Under the pieces are notes generated by a model. That model saw nothing but the letters and a program-made list of their open reading frames with translations. It was not told the origin of the DNA and searched no databases. Shown here one piece after another: positions 41,643 to 51,926 of a stretch of DNA of 64,000 nt (its first letter is position 1; every line of letters begins with the position of its first letter). The DNA is taken from the NCBI GenBank assembly GCA_963829525.1, contig CAWHIJ010000003.1, positions 1,440,001-1,504,000 on the forward strand. The letters are read 5' to 3'. The translations under genes were made by a program, and so were the position numbers. This DNA comes from an uncultured Actinomycetota bacterium. Lineage in GTDB: Bacteria > Actinomycetota > Actinomycetes > JAHEKZ01.

Positions 41643-42350
41643 GTGCTCGAAGCATTCTTGTGGGGCGGTTTTGCCTCGGCGTTCCTGCTGGTGGGAGCGG
41701 CCGTGGCCTACACGCTCGCTCCAGGCAAGCAGCCGGTGGCGGTAGTTATGGCGCTCGGCACTGGCCTGCTCATCGGCTCCGTCTCCTTCGAGCTGGTGGA
41801 CGAAGCCCTCAAGACGAGCACCGTCGGCTGGGTCGGGCTGCTCGTTCTCGTGGGTGCTGGCGCCTACACGGCCGGCGACTGGTGGCTGACACGTTCCCGC
41901 CCCGGTCAGTCGAGTGATAACGATGAGGAACCCCAGGCCATCGTCTTCGGGTCGGTGCTCGACGGCATTCCCGAGTCGTTCGTGCTTGGGCTCACCGTCT
42001 TGCAGGGCGCGGTGAGCGTGGCGCTGCTCGCTGGAATCGCGCTGTCGAACTTTCCGGAGGGAATGGCATCGTCCAGCGGCCTGCGCAAGCAAGGCTGGTC
42101 AGCCCCACGAGTCACGCGGATGTGGCTCATCGTGCTCGTCGCCTCTGCTGTGGCATCAGCCGCCGGGTACGTGCTGCTCGACAACGCCAGCCCAACGGCC
42201 GGCGCACTCGCGCAGGCCTTCGCTGCGGGTGCTCTGCTCGCCATGGTCGCCGACTCCCTGTTGCCTCAGGCGTACGAGGTCGAGGGCGTGTGGACCGGCC
42301 CGCTGGTGGTCAGCGGCTTCGCTGTCTCGCTCGTCCTGTCCTCGCTGTAG
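41643..42350 (+). CDS. ZIP family metal transporter
   Basis: LDGIPES, SNFPEG, FAAGALLAM motifs; polytopic. Confidence 0.88.
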   Translation: MLEAFLWGGFASAFLLVGAAVAYTLAPGKQPVAVVMALGTGLLIGSVSFELVDEALKTSTVGWVGLLVLVGAGAYTAGDWWLTRSRPGQSSDNDEEPQAIVFGSVLDGIPESFVLGLTVLQGAVSVALLAGIALSNFPEGMASSSGLRKQGWSAPRVTRMWLIVLVASAVASAAGYVLLDNASPTAGALAQAFAAGALLAMVADSLLPQAYEVEGVWTGPLVVSGFAVSLVLSSL

Positions 42351-42421
42351 GGCCTTTGAGATTGGCGCCGCCTCCACCGCAACAACTTGGTCCCGTGCCC
42401 GACCCGGCCACGCTCCGCACG

Positions 42422-43201
42422 TCAGAGCAGCAGGACGACGAGCGAGACCAGGTAAGTCGTGAATGTCAGTTGCTCGACCGAGCCCAGGATGTCGCCGGTG
42501 ATGCCGCCGAAACGGCGCGAGCAGTGGCGCCGCCAGATCTCGCCTACGGCGAGGGCAACGAGTCCGCTGAAGACGTAAGCGGGTGCATGCTCGGCGTCAA
42601 CTGCGAGTGTGGCCACTGACACTGCCGCAATCGACGCGAGCGCGACGGAGGCGGCGGCTGCAGGGGAGACCGCCTCGCCTGCCTGCGCGCCGAGACCGCG
42701 GGGTGCGGCTGCCGCCACGCCTCGCCGACAGCTCAAGACAATCGCCGTGCGACTGATGACGGTCGCGCTGATGAGCGCAACGGCCCCGTTGCCGATGGGA
42801 GACGCATCCAGCAATGACTCGAGCGCTGCGACCTGAGCAACAAGGACCAGGACCAGAGTCACGACACCGAACGGGCCGATATCTGAACGCTTCATCACCT
42901 CCCGTGCCTGCTCGGGCGGACGTCTGCTGCCGAGCCCGTCCGCGACGTCGGAGAGGCCGTCAAGGTGCAGGCCCCGAGTGAGACAGGCGAGGGCCGCGAC
43001 GGCCGTCACCCCGCCGAGGAGCGGTGAACCGCCGATCTCGATGACGCCGAACGCGCACGCCCAAGCAATGCCGCCCAGTACCAGCCCAACAACTGGTGCC
43101 AGCGCCATCGCTTGACCCCAGGTGTGGCGGTCGACTGAGGTCGGGTGACCCACCGGCAGCACGCTCAAGGTGCCCACCGACAGTCGGACACTGTCGAGCA
43201 C
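42422..43201 (-). CDS. cobS: Adenosylcobinamide-GDP ribazoletransferase (cobalamin synthase)
   Basis: TRGLHLDGLSDVADG, MKRSDIGPFG, FGGITGDILG. Confidence 0.95.
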   Translation of the reverse strand: MLDSVRLSVGTLSVLPVGHPTSVDRHTWGQAMALAPVVGLVLGGIAWACAFGVIEIGGSPLLGGVTAVAALACLTRGLHLDGLSDVADGLGSRRPPEQAREVMKRSDIGPFGVVTLVLVLVAQVAALESLLDASPIGNGAVALISATVISRTAIVLSCRRGVAAAAPRGLGAQAGEAVSPAAAASVALASIAAVSVATLAVDAEHAPAYVFSGLVALAVGEIWRRHCSRRFGGITGDILGSVEQLTFTTYLVSLVVLLL

Positions 43202-43203
43202 CG

Positions 43204-44334
43204 CTATTCCTCGCTGATGGCGGGTGCGGTTTCGGATGCGTCGTCGGAAGCGTCCTCGACTTCGTCGTTGTGTTGGCGGTCGGAGACACCGGCCTCATCG
43301 AACGTCGCCATATCGGTGAGTGTTGCTTGCGCTGCCCGCACGATCGGCAGCGCAAGCAGTGCTCCGGTTCCCTCGCCGAGCCGAAGCTGGTAGTCAAGGA
43401 GGGGTTCGAGCTGAAGACGGGCGAGCACGTACTCGTGGGCCGGCTCCACTGATCGGTGACCGGCCTGCCACCACTTCGCGCAGCGGTAGGCGACTCGGTG
43501 CGCCACCATCGCGCAAGCGCCTGAGACCAGGCCATCCAAGATCACTGGCGTCTTGCGCACAGCAGCCTGCAATAGGAAGCCGGTCATTGCGGCGAAGTCG
43601 GCACCACCGACGGTCGCTAGCAATGCGATCTGGTCGGCCCGGATCGGACGGCCTCGCCGCATCGCGTCACGAACGGCTGCGGCCTTGCGCATCCATACCT
43701 CGTCGTCAATACCGGTTCCGCGACCGGTGACTGCACCGGCATCCCGGGAGGAGAGCAAACCTATGAGCGCGGCGGCGGGTGTGGTGTTGCCGATCCCCAT
43801 GTCGCCGGGGATGAGCAGGTCGGCGCCGGCATCCACCTCCTCGTCGGCGATCGCGACGCCGGCTGCGAACGCTCGCTCAGCCTCCTCGCGCGTGAGGGCG
43901 TCCTCGACGGCGATGTTGCCCGACCCGCGACGCACTTTGTAGCGCGTTATCTCGTCCGGGACGCCGGGGATGTCGGTGGCGACCGCCATGTCGACAACGC
44001 GCACCGTCGCACCTGCCATGCGAGCCAGCGCGTTGACTGCTGCACCGCCCGCCAGGAAGTTCAGCACCATCTGCGCGGTGACCTCTGGTGGGTAGGCCGA
44101 GACACCAGAGGTGGCAACCCCGTGGTCACCGGCGAAGATGACAACGCGGGCACGGTCGAGCCCGCGGGGTGGGCACTGTCCTTGCGTGGCTGCGACCCAG
44201 GTGGACAGCTTTTCCAGGCGTCCAAGGGCTCCCGTTGGCTTTGTCAGCACCAGCTGACGGGCCTCGGCTGCTTTGGCGAACTCGTCGTCGGGACGGGTGA
44301 TCTCATCGCGGAAGCGCTGCAGGTCGACGCTCAC
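43204..44334 (-). CDS. cobT: Nicotinate-nucleotide-dimethylbenzimidazole phosphoribosyltransferase
   Basis: [37 protein letters not shown]. Confidence 0.96.
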   Translation of the reverse strand: MSVDLQRFRDEITRPDDEFAKAAEARQLVLTKPTGALGRLEKLSTWVAATQGQCPPRGLDRARVVIFAGDHGVATSGVSAYPPEVTAQMVLNFLAGGAAVNALARMAGATVRVVDMAVATDIPGVPDEITRYKVRRGSGNIAVEDALTREEAERAFAAGVAIADEEVDAGADLLIPGDMGIGNTTPAAALIGLLSSRDAGAVTGRGTGIDDEVWMRKAAAVRDAMRRGRPIRADQIALLATVGGADFAAMTGFLLQAAVRKTPVILDGLVSGACAMVAHRVAYRCAKWWQAGHRSVEPAHEYVLARLQLEPLLDYQLRLGEGTGALLALPIVRAAQATLTDMATFDEAGVSDRQHNDEVEDASDDASETAPAISEE

Positions 44335-44371
44335 TACGGGTACCTCTCCTCGAACACCGGTTGTCTGTCTT

Positions 44372-45718
44372 TCATATCTGCACCGGCCGACCCGCGACCA
44401 TGAACACGGCGTCGTCGCTGAGCTCGGCGACAGCCGCGTTGAGTCGACCTTGAGTGTCGCGGAAGAGGCGGCCTGACTGCGTCGCCGGCACGACGCCCTG
44501 CCCCACCTCATTGCTGACGGCGACGACTTGTGCCTTCGTCATCTTCCACGCCTGCAGCAAGTGGTCGATCTGCTTGTCGACGACAGTGAGATCGCCGTCC
44601 CAGGCGCCAGCGTCGTCCATCACCTGCATTAGCCAGAGTGTCAGGCAATCGACGAGTAGGCGCTCGCCACGGTCCGCGTCCAGCAGCGCGGCCGCGACGT
44701 CTCCGGTTTCGATGGTCGTCCAGTGATCTGGTCGACGGGTGCGATGTTCGGCAACCCGGACGTCCCACTCGGGGTCGTCTGGACGGGGCGGTGCGGTGGC
44801 GACGTAGGTGACGTGTTCGGCCGCTGCGAACAAGGACTCGGCGAATCGCGACTTTCCAGACCTCGCGCCGCCGATCACCAACGTTCGATGAGGTACCGCG
44901 AGCCGCGTCGCTGTGGTGGTGCTGCCGGTGCGCAGGATGGCGCCGTCCGGAAGGACGCGTGCTCCCCAGGGCTCTAGGCGCTCACCTAGCCGAATCGGAT
45001 TGTGGTGCGACAGATGCACCGCGACGACGTCACTGGAGTCGTTGACGGCTCCAACGGCTCTGAGTCGACGAAGCTGGTGCGGGAACGTGGCGAGGTCGAG
45101 GTGCTGGGTACCGTGCTCGACAAAGTCTCCGAAGGTCTCTTCGAGGAGTAGCACGTCGAAGGCAGCATTGGTGACGGCCGCAACTGTCTCGTCGGAGAGG
45201 GGACCGGTGTCGGTGGCGTAAAGCAGCCGAGCGCCGTCTGCTGCTGTGACGTCGAAGAGGACCGATTCCCCGATGGTGGCATCGCCGTGCGTGGTGGCCA
45301 GCACGCGAACGGTGTAGCCGTCGCACTGCAGCGAGTCGCCCGCAGCCACCGGGTGCAGAGCAACGGGGTCGCTCGGCCCGATCCAGTCGCGCAGCTGATC
45401 GAGGACGCCCTCCGGTGCGTAGACGTCGAGCTGCTCACGCCTGCCAGCCCAGTGGCGGAAGAGCAGCGCCGCCGGGCCTAGGTGATCTGGGTGGGCGTGG
45501 GTGATGAGCAGTGTTCGAACGCCCGAGAGCTCCGCGCCATGTCGGGTCGCGGCCGCAGGTGCCTCAGGACCGCAGTCGATCAGCAGTCGGTCGTCGATCA
45601 GTGCGCTGGTCTGGCCCCGAAGCACCCCGGAGGTTCGTGCCCAGCCGCAGGAGGCACAGGTGCAGAAGGCGTTCGGCCACCCGTCGGCTGCACCCGTTCC
45701 CAGCAGCTGGATCTTCAC
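44372..45718 (-). CDS. cobU: Fusion of PhnP-like MBL-fold hydrolase and adenosylcobinamide kinase/guanylyltransferase
   Basis: N-terminal [37 protein letters not shown]; C-terminal GGARSGKS P-loop, [20 protein letters not shown]. Confidence 0.92.
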   Translation of the reverse strand: MKIQLLGTGAADGWPNAFCTCASCGWARTSGVLRGQTSALIDDRLLIDCGPEAPAAATRHGAELSGVRTLLITHAHPDHLGPAALLFRHWAGRREQLDVYAPEGVLDQLRDWIGPSDPVALHPVAAGDSLQCDGYTVRVLATTHGDATIGESVLFDVTAADGARLLYATDTGPLSDETVAAVTNAAFDVLLLEETFGDFVEHGTQHLDLATFPHQLRRLRAVGAVNDSSDVVAVHLSHHNPIRLGERLEPWGARVLPDGAILRTGSTTTATRLAVPHRTLVIGGARSGKSRFAESLFAAAEHVTYVATAPPRPDDPEWDVRVAEHRTRRPDHWTTIETGDVAAALLDADRGERLLVDCLTLWLMQVMDDAGAWDGDLTVVDKQIDHLLQAWKMTKAQVVAVSNEVGQGVVPATQSGRLFRDTQGRLNAAVAELSDDAVFMVAGRPVQI

Positions 45719-46536
45719 GCCGACACCGGAGTCGCTGGCGGCGGTGACGGAGGAGCGGTGAAGGTGGGGATCGCGCCGAAAGCCGCCACGCGATGGGCGC
45801 GGCGCAGCGTTCTGAGCGCCGGTGCCCCAAGGGCAGCAATCAGCAACGCGTTGCCGATGGCGCGTGGGATGTCGAAGCCCCATGAGGTGGCGAGCGTGAA
45901 CGCAAGCAGGCGACCCAAGTTCTGGGTGATGGGGTCACCTGCGACAAAGGCGATGCTGCCCTCGGTGGTGATGAACGGCCAGAACCACAGGTTCATGAGC
46001 AGGCCGAAGGCGAGTGCGCTGGCCGCGCCGTAGCCGGCGAGCAGCACAACCTCACGGCGTCCGCGACAGCGGGGGAGTAGCCCAGCGCCCAGGCCAACCC
46101 ATGCGGCGGCGATCATCTGAAAGGGCAGCCACGGACCGACGCCACCGGTGATCAACGCCGAAGCGAGCATGGACGTGGCACCGAGCAGGAATCCGAATCC
46201 GGGGCCGAAGACCCGACCACCGATGATGAGAACGACGAACATCGGTTGGAAGCCGGTGACGCCGCCGGAGAGTGGGCGGAGGGCTGCTGCAACGGCCGTG
46301 AGCACGCCGAGCAGTGCGACGGTCTTGGCGTCGATGCCGCCCTCACTCATCTCAGCCACCACGACGGCGAGCAGAAGCGGTACGAGGAGCGCGAAGAACC
46401 ACGGGCCGTCAGGGCTGTCGGCTAGCCAAGTGCCGGAGTCAACGAACAGCGGCCAGGCGAACGCGAGCAAGCCAACGAGCGACGAGAGTCCGATAGCCAC
46501 GGCTGACCTCGGAGTGATCTGGTGTGCGGGGATCAC
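45715..46536 (-). CDS. ECF transporter S component (cobalamin-type)
   Basis: DAKTVALLGVL, GGRVFGPGFGFLLG, GGVGPWLPFQM, DIPRAIGN. Confidence 0.9.
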   Translation of the reverse strand: MIPAHQITPRSAVAIGLSSLVGLLAFAWPLFVDSGTWLADSPDGPWFFALLVPLLLAVVVAEMSEGGIDAKTVALLGVLTAVAAALRPLSGGVTGFQPMFVVLIIGGRVFGPGFGFLLGATSMLASALITGGVGPWLPFQMIAAAWVGLGAGLLPRCRGRREVVLLAGYGAASALAFGLLMNLWFWPFITTEGSIAFVAGDPITQNLGRLLAFTLATSWGFDIPRAIGNALLIAALGAPALRTLRRAHRVAAFGAIPTFTAPPSPPPATPVSA

Positions 46537-48140
46537 AACGCCTCCGGAAGTGCGGCGAGGACGTCGGCCACGGTCAGCATCGGGACGGGCGAAAGCACCT
46601 TGGCCACCTGAGGTGCGAACTGCGGGGACGCCGTCACGACATCACGGGTGGGTCCGTCGGTGACGATGTCGCCCTCGGCGATCACGACCGTTCGCGTAGC
46701 AAGGTCGGCCGCGAGCTCGACGTCGTGGGTGGCGACGACGATCGTTCCGCCCGACGCTGCCCGCTTTCGCAACAACCTGACCAGGCGGTGTTTGGTGGGG
46801 TAGTCGAGCCCACGCGTTGGTTCATCGAGGAGCAGCAGCGGTGCGCGTGCGGACAGAACGACCGCCAGCGCCAGGGCCAGGCGCTGGCCTTCGGAGAGGT
46901 CGCGCGGATGCATCGATGGTTCGACCCCGGGTGCGAGGTCATCAAAGAGTCGCCTGGCTTCGTCGGGATCGACCGATTCTTCGCACTCCTGACGGACCGA
47001 TTCGTTCCACAGCAGGTCGCCCGGGTCTTGCGGCACCATGCCCACGGCGCTGGTGAGGGCTCGGCCGGCGAGCTGAACCGGGTCTTGGCCACCGACCCGC
47101 ACCTGTCCAGCCGTCGTTTCGGTAAGCCCGACGAGTGAGCGCAACAGCGTGGACTTCCCCGCTCCATTGCGGCCCATGACAGCCACGATCTCGCCGGTGC
47201 GTAGCTGGAGGTCGACCTCATTCAGTGCCACGCGTGACCCGTACTGAACGCACGCTTTCCGTAGCTCGGCGACGGTTTCGGCATCATGCGGCCCGGCAAT
47301 GGCGGCTTCGGCTGGCGACGTTGGTAGCGCACTCAGCGTCGCACGCAGAGGTCCCGCAAACCGTCGGGCGTCGCGCACGGTCAGCGGCAGCGGCTCCCAC
47401 CTGGCCCAGCGACCGAGCTCGACAACAGGAGGCGCCACCGGGGCGTCGGCCATAACCTGAACGGGGAGGCCATCGGTGACGCGGCCGTCGCCGTGCACGT
47501 GCACGATGTGGTCGGCGAACTGCACCACGCGTTCGAGCCGGTGCTCGGCCATCAGGACGGTGAGGCCGAGGTCGTGGACCAGTCGCTGAAGTGCGGCGAG
47601 AACCTCCTCGGCCGCAGCTGGGTCGAGGGCCGATGTCGGCTCGTCAAGTACGAGCACTCGCGGGTGCTGGGCCAGCACAGCTGCGATAGCGGCGCGCTGC
47701 TGCTGACCGCCGGAGAGCGTGCGTAGTGGTCGTTGGCGGACGTCATTGAGGCCCAAGAGGTCAAGCGACTCTTCGACGCGACGCCGCATCACCTCGGGAG
47801 CCAGCCCCAGCGACTCCATCCCGTACGCGATCTCGTCCTCGACGAGCTCAGTGACAAATCCGTTGCGTGGGTCCTGCATGACGACGCCCACCACGTCAGC
47901 GAGCTCGCGGGGTGGGTGGTCGCGGGTGTCACGTCCGTCGACGGTGACGCGGCCATCGAGCGTGCCACCGGTGAAAGTGGGTGCCAGACCGTTCACCGCC
48001 CGCAGCAACGACGACTTGCCTGACCCCGTTCGACCGACGACAAGAGCGAGCTCACCCTCAGGAATGTGCAGCCAGACGTCACGCAGTGCGGGGACGGATG
48101 TGTCTGGGTAGGTGAGGGTGACTGACTCGAACCGAATCAT
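46533..48140 (-). CDS. ECF transporter ATPase with two fused ABC domains
   Basis: GRTGSGKS, LSGGQQQR, LDEPT; GRNGAGKS, DLSEGQR, LDEPTRGLD. Confidence 0.95.
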   Translation of the reverse strand: MIRFESVTLTYPDTSVPALRDVWLHIPEGELALVVGRTGSGKSSLLRAVNGLAPTFTGGTLDGRVTVDGRDTRDHPPRELADVVGVVMQDPRNGFVTELVEDEIAYGMESLGLAPEVMRRRVEESLDLLGLNDVRQRPLRTLSGGQQQRAAIAAVLAQHPRVLVLDEPTSALDPAAAEEVLAALQRLVHDLGLTVLMAEHRLERVVQFADHIVHVHGDGRVTDGLPVQVMADAPVAPPVVELGRWARWEPLPLTVRDARRFAGPLRATLSALPTSPAEAAIAGPHDAETVAELRKACVQYGSRVALNEVDLQLRTGEIVAVMGRNGAGKSTLLRSLVGLTETTAGQVRVGGQDPVQLAGRALTSAVGMVPQDPGDLLWNESVRQECEESVDPDEARRLFDDLAPGVEPSMHPRDLSEGQRLALALAVVLSARAPLLLLDEPTRGLDYPTKHRLVRLLRKRAASGGTIVVATHDVELAADLATRTVVIAEGDIVTDGPTRDVVTASPQFAPQVAKVLSPVPMLTVADVLAALPEAL

Positions 48141-49296
48141 GCCGCCACCGCCTTGGTTGGCTCCGGCAAGCGCTCGTTGGCACTTGCCGCCTTGACGGGG
48201 TGACTGCTGTTAGTCCCGGACGTTGCAGGCACCGGGGGAGCAACCATCGCCGGTACGGCGGCCAGAAGGGTGGCAAGCAGCGGCACCAGGGGCAGCGCCG
48301 GCCAGGTCAGGGGGTTGGTTGCGGGAGACATCGTTGCCGGCGACGCGACGGCGACCACTGTGTAGATGGCGACAGTGGCGACGGCGGCCGCGACGGTCAC
48401 CGTCTCAGGCCAGCGCCAGGGGTCGGGCCGGTAGACGGTGCGTACCGCCCGCCGGTTGGCCCGGTGGAGACCGGTGAGAGCGAGCCCGGCGCCGACCGCG
48501 AGCAGAGTCGCCGCAGCCAGTGGTGAGGTGCTGGCGTCCAGCAGGGCGTACCCGCCGACGAGTAGCACCGTGAGACCAGACAACGTGAGCGCCGCAGTGA
48601 AGCGTCGCTCGCTAGCGGGAAGTGGACGGAGCCGGCCAAACCCACGAGAGTCCATGGCCGCTGCCAGCGCCAAGGAGCGTTCCAGGGCGCCGGCGAGGAC
48701 CGCGGTGGCGGTACGAGCGACAGAGGCCATACCGCGTGACGGCTGACCGCGCAGCCGGCGGGCTTCGCGGATCAGCTGAAGGTGGGTGAGCGCCGACGGG
48801 ATCAAGGTGAGAGCAACGACGACGGCGACCCCCACCTCGTAGAGAGCCCCGGCACGCTCTTGAGCAGCCGGGTGGGGTTGGCCAGCGCATTGGCTGCGCC
48901 CACGCAGGCCAAGATCGCCACCAGCTGAAGCCCGGAGTAGAGGGCGGCCACGAGCGCCTCGACTGTGACATCGCCACCCAGGCGGACGCCGGCCATCCAC
49001 TCGGGCAAGATCACCTCGGGCAACGTGAAGAGGGTGGTTCCAGGGATCGGCGCGCCGAACAGCGCCTCGAACATGAGACGGACGCCAAGGACGACGGTGC
49101 CCAAGACGAGGAAGGCCCGAAAGCTCGCAGCCCACGGGGCCTCGGTTCGCTTGGCAGCTACGACGACCGCGGCGACCCCGACGATGGCGCCGAGGAGAAG
49201 AGGGTTCAGTGTGCGGGACGCCGCAGCGGCGAGGGCCAGCGCCCAGAGCCACCACGCCACAGGGTGCAGCGCCCTGGCCGAGCGCTGCGTGGTCAT
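48137..49296 (-). pseudogene. ECF transporter T component (CbiQ-like), frameshifted near 48850, probably an indel artefact
   Basis: LHPVAWWLWA...ANALANPTRLLKSVP, then a second frame ALYEVGVAVVVAL...EARRLRG...MDSRGFG; one G missing in a G run. Confidence 0.85.
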
Positions 49297-50238
49297 GCGT
49301 GTCTCCTGCGCAGGACGAAGGCGGCGGCGAGCAGCGCAGCAACGACACCTAGCCCGATGGCCAGGCCTACCGGCGACCCTGAGCCAGATGTGCCTCACGG
49401 CAGCAGCCGCTGGGCTGATCGCAACGGCGGTCTGCCCGGGTGTCGAATGGTTCGCCTCTTGCCGACCCTTGGTTCCCATCTGACCGGTCTTTGGATCGTC
49501 GCTGTTTCGCTTCTTGTTCACGCCTTGCTGGATGTTTCCGGCCTGGTCATCGGAGGCGCCAGAGCCCGAGGACGCGCTGGTGCCGCCCTCCCCGCTATTC
49601 GCCCGCCCCCCGCCAGAGTCGTTCGCGACAGGCTTAGGGCCTGTCCCACCGCTACCGCCGTTACCGCTGTTACTGCCCGATGCGTCATCAGTGGGCGATG
49701 GTGCTGGGTCGGCCACGACAACACCGCACTCGGTTGCCGGATAGCCATTGAACCCGCAGATGAGCCCTGAGTCGGTCCGCAGCTGGATGCCTGCGAGGTC
49801 GAGAACGTCGTAGCCATTGGCATCGACAGGTGCGACCACGCAGGTGCTGATGACGGCACCAGGCGTCTCACCGTCGGGAGCATCAGACCTTGTACCGAAG
49901 TCGACGACCAGCCCGATGCGCTTGCTTCCATCGACGGCGTCGGTTGATCCGCAGATCCGACCGAACGACGACGAATGACGGGGTGGGATCGTCGATGACG
50001 ACGCTTCACTGACCGCGAAGCGCCAGCCATCGACGGTTCCGTCCGTCGGTCGGCGGCTCGCTCCCTGGCTGGAGAAGGACCAGTCGCCATCTCCACCCAG
50101 CCAGTAGGACCAGAAGCGGTACGACGTCGCTTGGGCCGGCGCCGCCCCCCAGGTGCCGAGCACTGCGAGCGTCGCGAAGAACGCCGCGAGGACGGCAAAT
50201 CCGCGCAGCGTGAGTGATCGGGACCTAAGGACGCCCAT
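49293..50238 (-). CDS. Secreted, C-terminally anchored SCO2322-like protein; frameshift near 49395
   Basis: Signal peptide, YRFWSYW, DGWRFAVS, LICGFNGYPATECG; corrected frame gives TM anchor GLAIGLGVVAALLAAAFVLRRRHA with stop overlapping the ecfT ATG. Confidence 0.8.
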
Positions 50239-50239
50239 G

Positions 50240-51331
50240 TCAGCCGGCGAGCGTCCGTGAATCGAGAATGTCGCGCACGGGGTTGGTGGTGCCGACCGAC
50301 CGCGGGTCGCCCTTGGTGGCGTGTGCGGCTAGGACCAGGGCCGCTGCTGCTGCCGGACGGACGCCCTCGACATCGCGAGTGAACACGGGGGCGCTGGTCT
50401 CCAGCGTCACCATCGCGCTGCTGATCTGGACGCTGCCGTAGCCTGCGGCCACCAGCGAGAGAACTGCGTTGGCGGTGCTCCCCAGGTCGGTTCCAGGACC
50501 GAAGTCTCCAGGGATCCCGCCCCCGCCCCCCTTGATCGTCCTACCCAAGTATCCGGCGGCGACGGCGGCGGCGCCCGGCTGCACGCCCGCCTTCGGGCAG
50601 GTAAGCACCGGCAGCTTTGCGCCGACCACTCTTGGCTCGACGGGCAAGGAGGCACCAGCCAGAGCCTGGGTGGCCTGACTGGTGGCGAAGTTGTTCGCCA
50701 CCAGTGGCGTCTCGCGCACGTAGTCCAGCGCGCCACGATCGGTGGCATCTGACGAGCAGCGCAGCTGCACGGAGCGGATGTAGTCGAGCCCGGTGTGGCG
50801 TCGCGCGACCGTTGTTGGATCGATGTTCATGGCGAGCATGGCCTGCACCACAAGACCGGTGGTGTTGGCGTTGGGGCCGAACCCGGCGTTGTACTCCCAA
50901 CCTCCCGACCTGGTCTGCTTGCTGATCAGCCAGTTCATTGCGTTGCGGGCCGCCGCTCGCTCACCGACCGCCCTCAGGGCAATCGTTGCCATGGAGGTGG
51001 CATCGCCGTCTCCGACGCCGCACTTACCGGAGAGGTCGGTGTATGCCGGAAACCGGCCGTTGTCGCACTGCTGGCGCAGCAGCCATTTGACCGAGGAAGC
51101 GGGGACTCTGGCGCCAGCGGTGTCGAGCGCGATGAGCGACAGGCTCTGCCGGTAGACGCCGTCGTTGGTGGGGTCCTGCGCACCGAAGAGGCCAATGGTG
51201 GACTTGTCGTTGGGAGCTGGTGCGAGCCGAGCTGAGTCGGCGGCAGTGGCGCTGGGCACGCTGAGAAGGAGACTGCTCGCGACCGCGGCCGCGATGGTCA
51301 AGCCGACCATCTGGCGGGTGGTGCTGTGCAT
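50240..51331 (-). CDS. Secreted prenyltransferase/squalene-oxidase repeat (alpha/alpha barrel) protein
   Basis: Signal peptide; QW-type repeats KWLLRQQCDNGRF and NWLISKQTRSGGW..NANTTGL; DGVYRQSLSL. Confidence 0.82.
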   Translation of the reverse strand: MHSTTRQMVGLTIAAAVASSLLLSVPSATAADSARLAPAPNDKSTIGLFGAQDPTNDGVYRQSLSLIALDTAGARVPASSVKWLLRQQCDNGRFPAYTDLSGKCGVGDGDATSMATIALRAVGERAAARNAMNWLISKQTRSGGWEYNAGFGPNANTTGLVVQAMLAMNIDPTTVARRHTGLDYIRSVQLRCSSDATDRGALDYVRETPLVANNFATSQATQALAGASLPVEPRVVGAKLPVLTCPKAGVQPGAAAVAAGYLGRTIKGGGGGIPGDFGPGTDLGSTANAVLSLVAAGYGSVQISSAMVTLETSAPVFTRDVEGVRPAAAAALVLAAHATKGDPRSVGTTNPVRDILDSRTLAG

Positions 51332-51484
51332 GGAGATGCCTCTCGGGTGAGCGATCCCCGGAGCATTCCCGAACGCCACCGATGTAGACGCCCCTGTGCC
51401 ACCTCACGGTGACGAACAGGGGCGCGGACGGGCGGTGAGCCCGGGCTCCGCCCCGTAGGCCTCGACGGTAAAAGGGAGCCGCTC

Positions 51485-51605
51485 GCCTCTCGTCGGGTAT
51501 TCCGGCTTGCCGCGAACCGCTGAAGGAGCCAAAGCCCCTGGAGCGGACGGCCTACGGTTGCGGGTCAGCGCCGGAATTCGACCGGACTTCCCCCGCCGAC
51601 AGGCG
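51485..51605 (-). ncRNA. Cobalamin riboswitch
   Basis: Minus strand GGGGAAGTCCGGTCGAATTCCGGCGCTGACCCGCAACCGTAG...AAGCCGGAATACCCG, B12-element core; upstream of cobalamin genes. Confidence 0.92.
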
Positions 51606-51695
51606 GTTTAAGTTGTGGGCGTGATCTGATCACACCTAGGGAGGCGGCGTCAAAGAACTCGCCGCTGTGCGGCCGAATGGAACGGAGTGTTCGAG

Positions 51696-51911
51696 ATGGC
51701 ATGGGTGTGGCAGTACCTGAGAACCGATGGCGCCGTCGACCCGGCGCCCGATGCCGGCGAGCCCCCTTCGTTCACCAGTCAGGCTGACGCCGAGAGCTGG
51801 ATCGGGGAGGAGTGGCACAGGCTGCTCAAGAGCGGTGTCGAGGCGGTGACCCTCATGGAGGACGACCGCGAGGTGTACGGCCCCATGTCGCTGCACCCGC
51901 CCGCTGAGTAG
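51696..51911 (+). CDS. Small conserved actinobacterial hypothetical protein
   Basis: MAWVWQY...FTSQADAESWIGEEW..L...GVEAVTL...YGPMSL. Confidence 0.8.
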   Translation: MAWVWQYLRTDGAVDPAPDAGEPPSFTSQADAESWIGEEWHRLLKSGVEAVTLMEDDREVYGPMSLHPPAE

Positions 51912-51926
51912 CAGGCGGTGTGGCTC

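Noticed and set aside
42351-42421. CGCAACAA in another convergent gap, similar to the start of the 32-bp repeat
   Set aside because: The rest of the repeat is absent
48802-50238. Apparent novel surface-protein/EcfT fusion
   Set aside because: Better explained by a frameshift; the alternative frame gives a normal TM anchor and an overlapping stop/start
51620-51634. CGTGA-N5-TCACA palindrome upstream of the riboswitch, CRP-like
   Set aside because: Spacer is 5 rather than 6 bp and there is no other support
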